Positions 39,404 through 49,195 of a stretch of 64,000 nucleotides of DNA are shown in pieces. The stretch is taken from NCBI GenBank assembly GCA_029785215.1, contig JAFMAB010000003.1:9430-73429 (forward strand). Direction: 5' to 3'. The notes under the pieces are model-generated. The model searched no databases and had not been told where the DNA came from. It saw only the letters and a program-made list of their open reading frames with translations. The position numbers were made by a program, and so were the translations under genes. Positions within the stretch are counted from its first letter, which is position 1, and every line of letters starts with the position of its first letter. The stretch comes from Nitrososphaerota archaeon. GTDB taxonomy: Archaea; Thermoproteota; Nitrososphaeria; Nitrososphaerales; Gagatemarchaeaceae.

Positions 39404-40299
39404 TCTGCGATCAGATAGATATCAAGCGGCTCTCGCTTGGGCCGTCCTTCGAGGTGGATTACAGGCCGACCCTGAGCAGGGAGGAGCTGCTCTCGGTCGC
39501 GGGCAACTACGAGGTGCTTGTCGTGAGGAGCAGGACGAAGGTCGACCGCGAGGTCCTAGAGAAGGCGAACCGGCTCAAACTCGTCGCCCGCCCTGGGACT
39601 GGCCTGGACAACGTTGACGTGGGGTTCGCCAAGGAGAGAGGCGTGGCCGTGGCGAACAGCCCCGAATCCTTGGTGGAGGCAGTCGCCGAACAGGTGGTCT
39701 TGGTGATGCTCGCCCTAAGCAGGAAGTTGGTACAGGCGGACACGGGGACTAGGTCCGGCAAGTGGGAGAAGAACGCCCTGGTCGGCAGGGAACTGAGGGG
39801 GAAGGTCCTAGGGGTGGTGGGGTTTGGCAGGATCGGGCGGCGCATAGCCGAGATAGGTAAGACTCTGGGGATGACCATACTGGCCTACGACGTCGTCGCC
39901 GTCCCTCCGGACGTCGCGCGCCCTCTGGGCGCAAGGATGGTGCCGCTCGACGAGCTCTTCGCGTCCTCTGACTACATAACTCTCCACGTCCCCATGGCCC
40001 CAGACACCGCGCACATGGTTGACGCCCCGCGCATCGCCACGATGAAGGAGACGTCCGTGCTGGTCAACATGTCGAGAGGGGGGGTGGTGGACGAAGACGC
40101 TCTGGCTTCGGCCCTGAGGGCGAGGAGCATCGGCGGAGCAGCCTTGGACGTCTTCGAGAAGGAGCCTCCGTCGGGGGCCATCCTCTCTGCTCCGAACGTC
40201 ATCCTCACCCCCCACATCGGCGGGCAGACCGAGGAGGCTCAGGCGAACGCCATCGAAGTAGTCGGGGAGAAGGTCAGGGCTTTCTTCAAAGCTCCCTGA
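39388..40299 (+). CDS. D-2-hydroxyacid dehydrogenase (SerA-like)
   Basis: GTGLDNVD, GFGRIG, NMSRGG, DVFEKEP, TPHIGG. Confidence 0.92.
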   Translation: MVRVLVCDQIDIKRLSLGPSFEVDYRPTLSREELLSVAGNYEVLVVRSRTKVDREVLEKANRLKLVARPGTGLDNVDVGFAKERGVAVANSPESLVEAVAEQVVLVMLALSRKLVQADTGTRSGKWEKNALVGRELRGKVLGVVGFGRIGRRIAEIGKTLGMTILAYDVVAVPPDVARPLGARMVPLDELFASSDYITLHVPMAPDTAHMVDAPRIATMKETSVLVNMSRGGVVDEDALASALRARSIGGAALDVFEKEPPSGAILSAPNVILTPHIGGQTEEAQANAIEVVGEKVRAFFKAP

Positions 40300-40345
40300 G
40301 GCGCCCCGGGAACGTTTATTTGCCGACCGGGAACGAGGCGTTCAA

Positions 40346-40807
40346 ATGCCCATGTACAGCCAGATCTCCAAGACCTGGCAGCAGATTTTCCACGAAAAGG
40401 GAGGGGACATGAAGACCAGGGCCGTCGAGCTCAGGAAGCAGCCTGCTGCTGTCAGGGTGGACCGCCCCTGGCGGCTGGACAGGGCCAGGGCCCTCGGCTA
40501 CAAGGCGAAGGAGGGGGTCATAGTGGTCAGGATGCGCGTTTCACGCGGCGGGATGCGGAAGCAGCGGCCTACTTCTGGGAGGAGGCCGAAGCACATGGGG
40601 GTTGTCAAGATAAAGTCTGCCGTGTCCTCTAAACAGGTCGCTGAGAGGAGGGTTCAGGAGAGGCATCCCAACATGAAGGTCCTCGGGTCCTATCCTGTCT
40701 GGGAGGATGGAATGCACGCCTGGTATGAGTGCATCCTCGTGGATCCGCTGAATCCTGCGATCAGACGGGACTACGACTACAGACGGGCGCTCGGGATAAC
40801 GGTCTGA
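40346..40807 (+). CDS. rpl15e: 50S ribosomal protein L15e (short form)
   Basis: RLDRARALGYKAK, GRRPK, VAERR, ILVDP. Confidence 0.95.
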   Translation: MPMYSQISKTWQQIFHEKGGDMKTRAVELRKQPAAVRVDRPWRLDRARALGYKAKEGVIVVRMRVSRGGMRKQRPTSGRRPKHMGVVKIKSAVSSKQVAERRVQERHPNMKVLGSYPVWEDGMHAWYECILVDPLNPAIRRDYDYRRALGITV

Positions 40808-40809
40808 GC

Positions 40810-41805
40810 TTACCTTTTCATCTCGCTGCTGTGACCGGGGAACACCTTAGACCCTGGATCGACATAGGCTTTGGCGACGTTCACCGCCACGGCTGCCTGC
40901 GCGTAACCCGTCGCAATCAGGTTCAGTTTTATCCCGTCCTGGGGGCCGGCGACGTCTCCAGCCACATAGACCCCGGGGATGTTGGTCTCCATCTTCCCGT
41001 TAGTCCTAATCTCCCTGCCGTCGATCTGTAGCCCCCAGTCCTTTATCGGACCGAGGTCAGCCCTGAACCCTATGTTGACGAGTATGGCGTCGATGTCCAG
41101 CACCGTCTCGGCCTTCGACCTGTTATCGAACACGACCGCCTGGGTCACATTCGACCCGTCCCCTTTCACCTGACTGACCTCATAGAACAGTTTGAGGTCT
41201 ACGTCCGACTTCATCAGCTCTGCGACGCTCCCCTCGTGCGCCCTGAAGACGTCCCTCCTGTGCACCAGCGTGATCTTCTTCGCCGTGTCCTTCATGTTCA
41301 GCGCCCAGTCAACAGCCGAGTCCCCCCCACCCACGATGAGCAGTCTCTTGTCTCGGAAGGCGCTCTTGTCCTTGACGAAGTAGTACACCCCCTTCCCTTC
41401 ATAGTCCGCCGCACCGCGAGCTTCCAGCCTGTTCGGTGAGAAGGCCCCAACCCCTGCGGCTATGAGAACAGCTTTCGAGTAGTGCTTGGTCCCCTTGTTG
41501 GTCTCGAGCTCGAAGACGCCGCCGTCCCTGTGGAGTGATGTCACCCTCTCACCGAGGGCCACAGTAGCCCCATATTGGAACGCCTGTTCGACCAGGCACT
41601 TGACCAGGTCCTTCGCCAGTATCTTGGAGTATCCGGGGACGTCGAAGATGTACTTCTCAGGATAGAGCACCGCGACCTGCCCTCCGGGCTCTTCCAAGGC
41701 GTCGATTACTTTCGTCTTCATCTGTCTGAGCCCAGCGTAGAACGTCGCGAACAGGCCGCTCGGCCCGGCGCCTACAATCGTGATGTCATAGACGTCGCCG
41801 GACAT
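40810..41805 (-). CDS. Ferredoxin--NADP+ reductase (TrxR-like, no CxxC)
   Basis: GAGPSG, LYPEKYIFDVPG, GGGDSAVDWAL, PGHSS. Confidence 0.9.
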   Translation of the reverse strand: MSGDVYDITIVGAGPSGLFATFYAGLRQMKTKVIDALEEPGGQVAVLYPEKYIFDVPGYSKILAKDLVKCLVEQAFQYGATVALGERVTSLHRDGGVFELETNKGTKHYSKAVLIAAGVGAFSPNRLEARGAADYEGKGVYYFVKDKSAFRDKRLLIVGGGDSAVDWALNMKDTAKKITLVHRRDVFRAHEGSVAELMKSDVDLKLFYEVSQVKGDGSNVTQAVVFDNRSKAETVLDIDAILVNIGFRADLGPIKDWGLQIDGREIRTNGKMETNIPGVYVAGDVAGPQDGIKLNLIATGYAQAAVAVNVAKAYVDPGSKVFPGHSSEMKR

Positions 41806-41851
41806 GGAACTCGGCCCTGACCTCCGGGCTCCATGTATAAGCATTCGTGGG

Positions 41852-43096
41852 TCAGGCCAATCCTGATGCTATGGGGTCGTCGGGTTTCAGGACTTCACGG
41901 AGCAAAATGGTGGCGTACTGCCCTCTGGCAAGAGTGAAAAGGAGAATTGCAGTGTCCCCCTGGACGACGAATGTTCCGTCTTTCATGGCCAGATGGGGGC
42001 GTCTGAACCCGCCCTCTGATGACACTTCTTGCATCTCTTTGACATAGAACGAACGGGGCTCGACACCCTCTGACGCGAGTGTATCGCGGACACAAAAATC
42101 GAACCTGGAGCCATAGTCCCTGTAGGCGTAGCCCACCAGCTGGACCAAAGGGACCGCCCCCTCTGTCGGCGCCTCCTTCACCCCCCTCACGCCGTAGACC
42201 GTCAGCCCGTCGGGGCCACGTTCCCCCCAGTTGTCCCCCGCGGCGTACTTCGAGATATCCTCTCCTCTTTCAAGCGCTGAGCTGAGAGTCTTGTTGAATA
42301 TGAACGACTGATACGCTTGGACGTAGAGGCGCCTAAGCCTGACCGGTACCGCCCGCAGCGCCCCGACCCACTCTCCGGGCCTCGTCGCGAGCGCCTTGGC
42401 TACTCTCCTCTCCACGTCATTCCCCTGGGGGAGAAGGTCCGACAGCTCCCTGTATCTCCCCGCCGCGGCCGCTTCCCTGGCTTCGGGGCTCACAGCCAGC
42501 AGGATGCCTACCGCCTGCTCGAACTTGCCCTTGACCAGGGCCCTCCCCACTTCGTGGGTCCCACGGCCTGACGCCCCGAACCTCTGGAGCCCGAAGTAGT
42601 TTGGGACCTTTCCAGCCGCAGCGAGCTCGAAGGCTTCTGAAGTCCTGGCTCCGACCTCAGGGCAGCACCCCCTGACAGTGACCTCGAACTTGTTCGCCAG
42701 AACCGAAGAGCGCGAAAGGGGCCGGGGGAGGAACCCGATGCGGGTCGCCGTGAACCTGCCTCCGTTCACCAGCGCCGGGCGCTCAGACCTCATGCTGGTG
42801 GGGGTGGCGTACTGGACCGCGACGGCTCTGCTGTCTTTCATCCCGGCGTAGCTCACCCTGCTCTTCAGGGCGGCGGCGAGCTCTGAGGCCATGTGCATGG
42901 TGTCGATGGACTCCTTCTGTACCCTGTACAGGGGATACCTCCCATCCGCCCACTCGGCCGTCATCCTGGACGTGTCGATCACCTCCTCGACGTGGAAGTC
43001 ATCCGGGGCGCTCTTGACCCTCCCCGCACAACTGGGACCCGCAGTCGCATAGCACAGGATCCCTGCCTCCCTTTCGGCTTCTGTGGGTTGCATCAA
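41852..43096 (-). CDS. truD: tRNA pseudouridine(13) synthase TruD
   Basis: DFHVEE, YAGMKDSRAV, PNYFGLQRFG, AYQSFIFN, GQYATILLRE. Confidence 0.94.
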   Translation of the reverse strand: MMQPTEAEREAGILCYATAGPSCAGRVKSAPDDFHVEEVIDTSRMTAEWADGRYPLYRVQKESIDTMHMASELAAALKSRVSYAGMKDSRAVAVQYATPTSMRSERPALVNGGRFTATRIGFLPRPLSRSSVLANKFEVTVRGCCPEVGARTSEAFELAAAGKVPNYFGLQRFGASGRGTHEVGRALVKGKFEQAVGILLAVSPEAREAAAAGRYRELSDLLPQGNDVERRVAKALATRPGEWVGALRAVPVRLRRLYVQAYQSFIFNKTLSSALERGEDISKYAAGDNWGERGPDGLTVYGVRGVKEAPTEGAVPLVQLVGYAYRDYGSRFDFCVRDTLASEGVEPRSFYVKEMQEVSSEGGFRRPHLAMKDGTFVVQGDTAILLFTLARGQYATILLREVLKPDDPIASGLA

Positions 43097-43222
43097 AGGA
43101 GTATGTGGGCGGGAGAACGAGCAGATATTGGTTTAAGTCACCATGGCTCTGTTAAGTTATCGGTAGCTGGCTCGGAATCGTCTCGGTGTTAAGCGTCGGT
43201 TGCTGGGCCACGGCATGAGAAG

Positions 43223-43612
43223 TCAAACCACCTTCCCAGCAAATATAATCGCGAGAATTGTAATCAAGAGAAGAAGAATCGTCACCAAGAACAACCTTTG
43301 GGTTAGTCTTTCAAGACGCTTGCTCGACTTGTAGAGGAGGACAATAGAACGTTTTTGCACGGCCTCCAAGAGTGCATCTGTATTCGCTTCGAAGAGCCTC
43401 TTTTCAGGGTCTTCTTCTTCATCTCTCTTCTTGTCCATTTCTTCCCAAGTGCCGCGCATCATCCACTCTTGATAGTCTTCCGCCTCAGAGATGAGCTTGA
43501 TTTGCTTGTCAACGTAGGCCTCCAAGTAGTCCTTGGACGGGCTTATCCTACGCTTTAACCTGTGCCACCAAGTGTAGATGCGTTCTTTAGTGGTCTTCTC
43601 CTCATCGCTCAT
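43223..43612 (-). CDS. Hypothetical protein with C-terminal TM helix (IS passenger)
   Basis: Overlaps transposase stop; atypical AT-richer codons; LFLVTILLLLITILAIIF tail. Confidence 0.6.
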   Translation of the reverse strand: MSDEEKTTKERIYTWWHRLKRRISPSKDYLEAYVDKQIKLISEAEDYQEWMMRGTWEEMDKKRDEEEDPEKRLFEANTDALLEAVQKRSIVLLYKSSKRLERLTQRLFLVTILLLLITILAIIFAGKVV

Positions 43613-44078
43613 CTTGACGTGCTGACTCTGCCTTCCTTGCATTCTGTATTAGAGTTACCCACTTGTTCTCCCCCTCGACCCTGATTCCCGCCATCTCTGA
43701 AGGGGTTCTCCCTCCAAGTCCCTCGTGCGGCCTGATGTAGTTGTGGAATAGCTGGTGGCCCTTCAGTATCGGAGTATCCTCCCGCTTCAGCCCCCGCATA
43801 GTCTTTTCTCTGTCCCTGACCTCTCCGTTCATGCGCTCCATCTTGTTGTTGTGGACTTCGCCGCCGAGCCTGATGTCTCGGACGTGGACGACGTTCCGCT
43901 CCCTTCGGAGCGAGAACCACTCCTTGCGGGTGGCCGTCTCGAAGTTGTGGGCCCCGTCGCTGATGAGGATTTTCGGCCTCTTCCCTGCCTTCTGCTCGGC
44001 GTCCCTGAACATCGGCCTCACGTCCGAATACCACTTCTTTTCGGTAATCTGCTGGGCAATCCAGAAGCGGGTCCCGTC
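43602..44078 (-). pseudogene. DDE-type (IS6/IS240-like) transposase fragment
   Basis: In frame DGTRFWIAQQI...ISDG...HNNKMERMNG...HNYIRPH; N-terminal DNA-binding part absent. Confidence 0.8.
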
Positions 44079-44253
44079 GGGCCCGAACCCGTTCCTGTAC
44101 TTCTATGCCTGGACGGGAGCGCGTCTCAGCCTGCCCGCCCAGGTGTGAACATCAGTCAAGTTTATCCGACAGGTTCTCCGATGTCTGCCACTTCTCGCAA
44201 GTTTTGACACCTGATTACTCAAAGGGGTCAGAAGTCTGCTTTATCTAGCGGTA

Positions 44254-44601
44254 TTAGAGGAGTTTGAGCTTCCCGGTGATCGCGTCGACCTCGGCCTCGG
44301 GGGCGGGGCCTACCGCCAGGCAGGTGGTCGTCCCAGGCTCCACCTGGGTGAGCCCCCTGTCTTCCACCAGTGCGGCGGGGAGTCCCGCGCTCTTCGCCTT
44401 GCGGAAGAGTTCTCGCAGGGCCTCTTCAGAGTCTACCTTCAAGACGATCTTGGCCTGACCCCCGTCCTTCCACCCTCCGTACCATCCGGGCCTCTTCTGC
44501 TGCGCCGCTTCGGCGGCGGAGAGCGACGCGTGTGCGGCCTGGGCGGCGACCTTCCCTTTGCCCATCCCGAGATCAGTTCGGACGACGATGGCCTGTTTCA
44601 T
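44254..44601 (-). CDS. pth2: Peptidyl-tRNA hydrolase Pth2
   Basis: [32 protein letters not shown]. Confidence 0.96.
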   Translation of the reverse strand: MKQAIVVRTDLGMGKGKVAAQAAHASLSAAEAAQQKRPGWYGGWKDGGQAKIVLKVDSEEALRELFRKAKSAGLPAALVEDRGLTQVEPGTTTCLAVGPAPEAEVDAITGKLKLL

Positions 44602-44661
44602 GCCCGGTGGTTTGCCAACGGTTATTACAAGTCCGATTAAGCCTTTACAGAGTCCTGGCCC

Positions 44662-45810
44662 TTGTCCCGAACCTGCGACGTCGTTGTGGCCGGCGGGAGC
44701 ATCGCGGGCCTGACCTTTGCTTCAGAGGCTGCGAAGCTGGGGCTCAGCGTCCTGGTGGCCGAGGAGCACCCCGAAGTGGGCGAGCCCGAGAAGTGCGACG
44801 GCCTCGTGAGCCTGAGGGGCCTCAGGAGGTACGGGTACCCTCCTGGAGCGGGGGTGGTCCAAGACCGGATCGACTCTGCGGTCTTGCACTCTCCATCGGG
44901 GAAGCGCTTCACAGTCAACGCCGATGGGCTGGACGTCGTCGTGCTCGACAGGAGCGCCTACGACAAGCAGATCGCGGCCGCCGCAGAGGCTGCGGGGGCG
45001 TCAATCATGACCGGGCGTAGGGTGGGAGAAGTAACTGAGACAGGCGACTCCGTCACTGTGAAGGCGGGGGACGAAGAAGTCCAGGCGAAGTTCCTCGTCG
45101 ACGCCACAGGGCCAGCTTCTAGCCCGAAGCATGGCATCCTGCCAGCGGCGAAATACGAGGTCGAGGGGGAGTGGATAAGGGAGCACGTGGTCGAGGTCTT
45201 CCTGGACGTGAGGAAGTATCCAGGGTTCTTCGCATGGGTCATCCCTTTCGGGGAGCACAAGGCCAAGGTCGGCGCAGCTGGGCGGGGCGTGAGCCCCTTC
45301 AGGGCGCTGGACGGGTTCCTCGAGGGTCGCAGCACGACGGTGCTCAGGAAGGTGGCTGCGCCGATATACATCGGCGGACCGGCTCAGAAATTCGTCAGAG
45401 GGAGGCGGATATACGTAGGTGAGTCCGCCGGGCAGGTCAAGCCCACCACCGCAGGTGGGATAATGACATCCATCGCCGGGGCTGCGGCAGCTGCCAAGTG
45501 GGTCTCCTCCAGCATACACAAGGGTCGGACGTCCTTGCCAGCCGGCTACCAGATGGAGTGGGAAGGAGACTTCATGAAGGAGATGAAGGCCATGCTGAGG
45601 CTGAGGGGGGTATTCGAGAAATTGTCGAACCAGGATCTCGAGGGCGTCTTCTCGGTCCTAGCCGCCTCCAAGCTGGCCCAGAAGCTCTCTAAGATGGACT
45701 TCGACTTCCACGCAACAGCCCTCCTGGGCGCTCTGGGGGTACCTGGGCTCCTGAGGATTGCAGGGTTGGTGGCTTCCGCAGAGGTGCGTTCTCTTCTGTT
45801 AGAGCGGTGA
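44662..45810 (+). CDS. Geranylgeranyl reductase family flavoprotein
   Basis: [33 protein letters not shown]. Confidence 0.85.
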   Translation: MSRTCDVVVAGGSIAGLTFASEAAKLGLSVLVAEEHPEVGEPEKCDGLVSLRGLRRYGYPPGAGVVQDRIDSAVLHSPSGKRFTVNADGLDVVVLDRSAYDKQIAAAAEAAGASIMTGRRVGEVTETGDSVTVKAGDEEVQAKFLVDATGPASSPKHGILPAAKYEVEGEWIREHVVEVFLDVRKYPGFFAWVIPFGEHKAKVGAAGRGVSPFRALDGFLEGRSTTVLRKVAAPIYIGGPAQKFVRGRRIYVGESAGQVKPTTAGGIMTSIAGAAAAAKWVSSSIHKGRTSLPAGYQMEWEGDFMKEMKAMLRLRGVFEKLSNQDLEGVFSVLAASKLAQKLSKMDFDFHATALLGALGVPGLLRIAGLVASAEVRSLLLER

Positions 45811-45865
45811 AGCCGGTCCACGCGCAGCAACCTATATCTGTCGGGCCAGAAAGGGCTCCCGAGAA

Positions 45866-46048
45866 ATGTCGCAGGGTGTCGTGACTCTCCCTCTATGCAA
45901 CTCGTGTAACAGGCCCATAAAGCCTGCCGAGAGGGCAGTCCACTTCAGCTGCCCGAACTGCCATGAGACTGTGATATGGAGGTCTGAGAAATGCAGGAAG
46001 TTCTCAAGGAGGTACAAGTGCCTCAACTGCGGCTTCGAAGGGCCATAG
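45866..46048 (+). CDS. DUF1610 Zn-ribbon small protein
   Basis: CNSC, FSCPNC, CLNCGFEGP; upstream of aEF-1beta. Confidence 0.9.
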   Translation: MSQGVVTLPLCNSCNRPIKPAERAVHFSCPNCHETVIWRSEKCRKFSRRYKCLNCGFEGP

Positions 46049-46058
46049 GGAAGACGCT

Positions 46059-46346
46059 TTGGGCTCTTACGTTATCAGGCTCAAACTCCTCCCTCCTGAT
46101 ACAACGACAGACCATCAGAAACTGGTTGACTCGGTGGCCGGGCTGCTCCCGGCGGCAGCGCAGATCAGGGCGCACAAAGTAGAGCCGATCGCTTTCGGCC
46201 TCTCAGCCGTGATCCTCGATCTGGTCGTCCCCGAGGAGGAAGGCGCGGTCGATAGAATCGAGGAGGCCGTGTCCAAATCCCCGCTTGTCAGCCAGTGCGA
46301 AGTCACCGGGGTAAGCAGGATGTCCAGCAAGCTCCCGCCGCAGTAG
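46059..46346 (+). CDS. ef1b: Elongation factor 1-beta
   Basis: EPIAFGL signature. Confidence 0.92.
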   Translation: MGSYVIRLKLLPPDTTTDHQKLVDSVAGLLPAAAQIRAHKVEPIAFGLSAVILDLVVPEEEGAVDRIEEAVSKSPLVSQCEVTGVSRMSSKLPPQ

Positions 46347-46430
46347 CAGCCACAGAGCTGCGTCGTCTGATACCTTTTATACCTCGGGGTCCCCCCTGCG
46401 TCAGCCGTTCTCCCGCACGGTGATGGACTG

Positions 46431-46679
46431 ATGAGATTCCCTCTTAGATACACAGCATACGAATGGATAAAGGAGAAGAAGAGCACTACGGACGAAGACA
46501 TCCTGGATGCTCTGAACAAGAACGGTAGCAGGTGCTCCCCAGACGAGCTTGACAAGACGCTGATGCAACTCGAAATCCTGGGCCTGATCAGCATAAGGTG
46601 GGTCTCCAAGGACAAACGGCGGGTGGAGTTTCAGGACAAGCCCGCCGAAGACCTGCGCATGCCACGGATAAGAGAGTAA
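46431..46679 (+). CDS. Small winged-helix-like hypothetical protein
   Basis: ELDKTLMQLEILGLISIRW wHTH-like pattern. Confidence 0.7.
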   Translation: MRFPLRYTAYEWIKEKKSTTDEDILDALNKNGSRCSPDELDKTLMQLEILGLISIRWVSKDKRRVEFQDKPAEDLRMPRIRE

Positions 46680-46718
46680 CCGAACCGATAAATCGGGCGG
46701 GTGTGGGTTCATCCACTA

Positions 46719-47750
46719 ATGGGCGTAGACTTCGGCGACGCCGTACCGAGAGAGAAGATCCAGCTCGAGGACATCGCCGGGTGGAAGCTCGCCGTCGACG
46801 GGTACAACACCCTCTACCAGTTCCTTGCCATCATCCGCGGGATGGACGGCGGCCACCTCAAGGACAAGCAGGGACGGGTCACTTCCCACATCTCTGGGCT
46901 CTTCTACAGGAACGTCAACCTGCTGGAACTTGGCATGAGGCTTGTCTATGTGTTCGACGGCCGCCCCCCCGAACTCAAGATGGAGGAGATCAGGAGGCGT
47001 TCTGAGCAGCGGAGGGAAGCCAAGGACCAGTACCTCCGCGCCCTCCAAGCGGGTGAGATGACTGAGGCGAGGAAATATGCGGAGGCCTCCACGGTCCTCA
47101 GGAGGGAGATGGTCGCCGACGCGAAGGAGCTCCTGGACGCGATGGGGATACCATGGGTGGATGCCCCATCCGAAGGCGAGGCCCAAGCGTCGGTCATGGC
47201 GATCGAGGGGACAGTGAACGCCGTGGCATCCCAGGACCACGACTCCATCGTATTCGGGGCGCCCGTCCTTGTGCGCAACGTCACAGTATCGGGCAAGCGA
47301 AGGCTCCCGAGCAAGGGAATCGTGATCAACGTGGTCCCGGAGCGGATAACCCTCAAGGATGCGCTGACCGCCACAGGGCTGTCCAGAGAGCAACTGGTCG
47401 ACTTCGCGATCCTGCTCGGGACCGACTTCAATCCTGACGGGTTCGCGGGGGTAGGGCCGGCCACGGCTCTCAGGTACCTTGGGAAGTATGGCAGGCTGGA
47501 GGAAATCAAGGAGCTCGCAGGCCCCCTGCAGGAGGTCAACTACCAGGAGATTCGGAAGCTTTACCTCGACCCTCCCTCAATCAAGGGGGTGCGCCCCGAG
47601 TGGAAGCCTCTCGACAAGGAAAGGGTTGTGTCCTTTCTGGTCGGGGAGCACTCCTTCTCCCGAGACAGGGTCGACGCCGCCATAGCGCGGGTGCAGTCTT
47701 CGAGTGTCGACTCCTCCAAGACGGAGACCCTAGAGAAGTGGTTCGGCTGA
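46719..47750 (+). CDS. fen: Flap endonuclease 1
   Basis: DGYNTLYQFL, VFDG, EGEAQA, SQDHD, GTDFN, PIP-like TLEKWF. Confidence 0.97.
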   Translation: MGVDFGDAVPREKIQLEDIAGWKLAVDGYNTLYQFLAIIRGMDGGHLKDKQGRVTSHISGLFYRNVNLLELGMRLVYVFDGRPPELKMEEIRRRSEQRREAKDQYLRALQAGEMTEARKYAEASTVLRREMVADAKELLDAMGIPWVDAPSEGEAQASVMAIEGTVNAVASQDHDSIVFGAPVLVRNVTVSGKRRLPSKGIVINVVPERITLKDALTATGLSREQLVDFAILLGTDFNPDGFAGVGPATALRYLGKYGRLEEIKELAGPLQEVNYQEIRKLYLDPPSIKGVRPEWKPLDKERVVSFLVGEHSFSRDRVDAAIARVQSSSVDSSKTETLEKWFG

Positions 47751-47812
47751 GCCGCTCTGAGCCGGACTTCCTGCCTCTACGTTTATCAACTTCAGCCGGA
47801 GTTCGTCCTTAG

Positions 47813-48301
47813 TTGGCGAAGTCGAAGGCCAAGGGGCCCGCGGAGTCCGAAATGACCACCGCCAGACTCATGATGCCGACCGACGCCAACGTGCTGGGGA
47901 ACGTCTTCGGGGGGGCAATCATGAGATACATGGACGAGATAGCGGCTATCGTCGCCTGGCGCCATGCAGGCAAGAACGTGGTCACAGCTTCCATCGACAG
48001 AATGAACTTCTACGCCCCCGTCTTTGTCGGCGACCTCCTGATACTCAAAGCGGCAGTGAACTATGTCGGTACCACTTCGATGGAGATCGGAGTGAGGCTC
48101 GAGGCCGTGGACCCGTCCACCCGCAAGGGGACGCACACCGGGTCCTGCTACCTGACCTACGTGGCGCTGGACGAGAAGGGCAAGCCGACCCGCATACCGC
48201 CACTCAACCCGGTGACCAGCATTGAGAAGAAGCGGTTCAACGAAGGCCTCGCAAGGCGGAGGCTCCGAGAGGCTACCCAGGCTGTAATGGACAGCAACTG
48301 A
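47813..48301 (+). CDS. Hotdog-fold acyl-CoA thioesterase
   Basis: DANVLGNVFGG, MDEIA, VTAS, VGTTSMEIG. Confidence 0.92.
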   Translation: MAKSKAKGPAESEMTTARLMMPTDANVLGNVFGGAIMRYMDEIAAIVAWRHAGKNVVTASIDRMNFYAPVFVGDLLILKAAVNYVGTTSMEIGVRLEAVDPSTRKGTHTGSCYLTYVALDEKGKPTRIPPLNPVTSIEKKRFNEGLARRRLREATQAVMDSN

Positions 48302-48371
48302 GATGCACCCCTCTTTTGATTCCAGGCTCAACAAAACTAGAGCATCCTGCACATAGGGGCGACTGCCCCAC

Positions 48372-48740
48372 GTGCGGCTGTTGCGCGACATCTCTGAGGG
48401 CTTCGGGGCAGGCAAGATGAGAAGCGGAAACGCGGCGGTCTATCAGCTGAAGGAGCAGTTCGAGAAGTTCCCCTCCTCCCCGCACAAAGTCGAGGCCTGC
48501 GAGTCCATCGCGGTCTGCTTCCTCCAGCTCGAACAGTACGCCGACGCGGGCGGCTGGTACGCGACGGCGGGGCGGCTGATACTCTCGGAGCCGAGCGCAT
48601 CGCCGGCGGTCAGGGCGCTCGGCGCTCTGTTCGAGTACGAGAAGGCCCTGTACTGCTACCGGGAGAGCGACGACGAAGAACGAATCGCCGAGTGTTCCGT
48701 CCTGGTCCACGAGCTCAGGCGGGAATGCGCTTCAGCCTGA
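48372..48740 (+). CDS. Helical-repeat (TPR/SNAP-like) hypothetical protein
   Basis: YADAGGWYATAG and YEKALYCY helical repeats. Confidence 0.55.
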   Translation: MRLLRDISEGFGAGKMRSGNAAVYQLKEQFEKFPSSPHKVEACESIAVCFLQLEQYADAGGWYATAGRLILSEPSASPAVRALGALFEYEKALYCYRESDDEERIAECSVLVHELRRECASA

Positions 48741-48893
48741 GTCCCGTCGCTCGTCTTCCTCTGCCTTCGCCTGCATCCTATTGGCCGTCTTCACGTAACA
48801 CTCTTCGCAGACAGGCTCGTCCCTCGGTCCGACTTTGAATGTGTGCAACGCCACTTCGAGCTCGGTGTCGCAGAAGTAGCACTTCGGCTTCAG
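48732..48893 (-). CDS. 53-aa CxxC...CxxC zinc-finger microprotein (CTG start; not in ORF track)
   Basis: KPKCYFCDTELEVALHTFKVGPRDEPVCEECYVK; CTGA overlap with the upstream stop codon. Confidence 0.6.
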   Translation of the reverse strand: MKPKCYFCDTELEVALHTFKVGPRDEPVCEECYVKTANRMQAKAEEDERRDSG

Positions 48894-49195
48894 GACACCC
48901 CTCCCCTGGCCGCATACACCCTCCTCCTGACTAGCTCCCCTCTCCCCTTATAATGCCACACCTCAGCGTCTCCGTTCGCGTTCTTCCCCCACTCCGCAAG
49001 CACCCCGAGCTCCTCCTTGGTCGCCCTTGCCCTCCCGCTCTTGACCTGAACCAGCAGGACCTTGCCATCCTTGGCTGCGAAGACGTCGACGGCCCCGTGG
49101 GAAGCGGCGCTCCTGGATACCATCCAGCCCTCCTTCTTCAGCTTCGACATTGCCTGGTACTCTCGAGACCTGCCCTTCACATAGTTGCTATTCAG
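48890..49195 (-). CDS. Hjc-like PD-(D/E)xK endonuclease
   Basis: KGRSREY, GWMVSRSAASHGAVDVFA, VQVKSG; start uncertain. Confidence 0.75.
   Translation of the reverse strand: MNSNYVKGRSREYQAMSKLKKEGWMVSRSAASHGAVDVFAAKDGKVLLVQVKSGRARATKEELGVLAEWGKNANGDAEVWHYKGRGELVRRRVYAARGGVS

Larger units (their letters stand above)
43145..44078 (-). mobile_element. Truncated IS6-like element with a passenger gene
   Basis: DDE transposase C-terminal half, AT-richer cargo ORF, GGCTCTGTTAAGTT at 43145-43158 resembling IS6-family ends. Confidence 0.6.
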
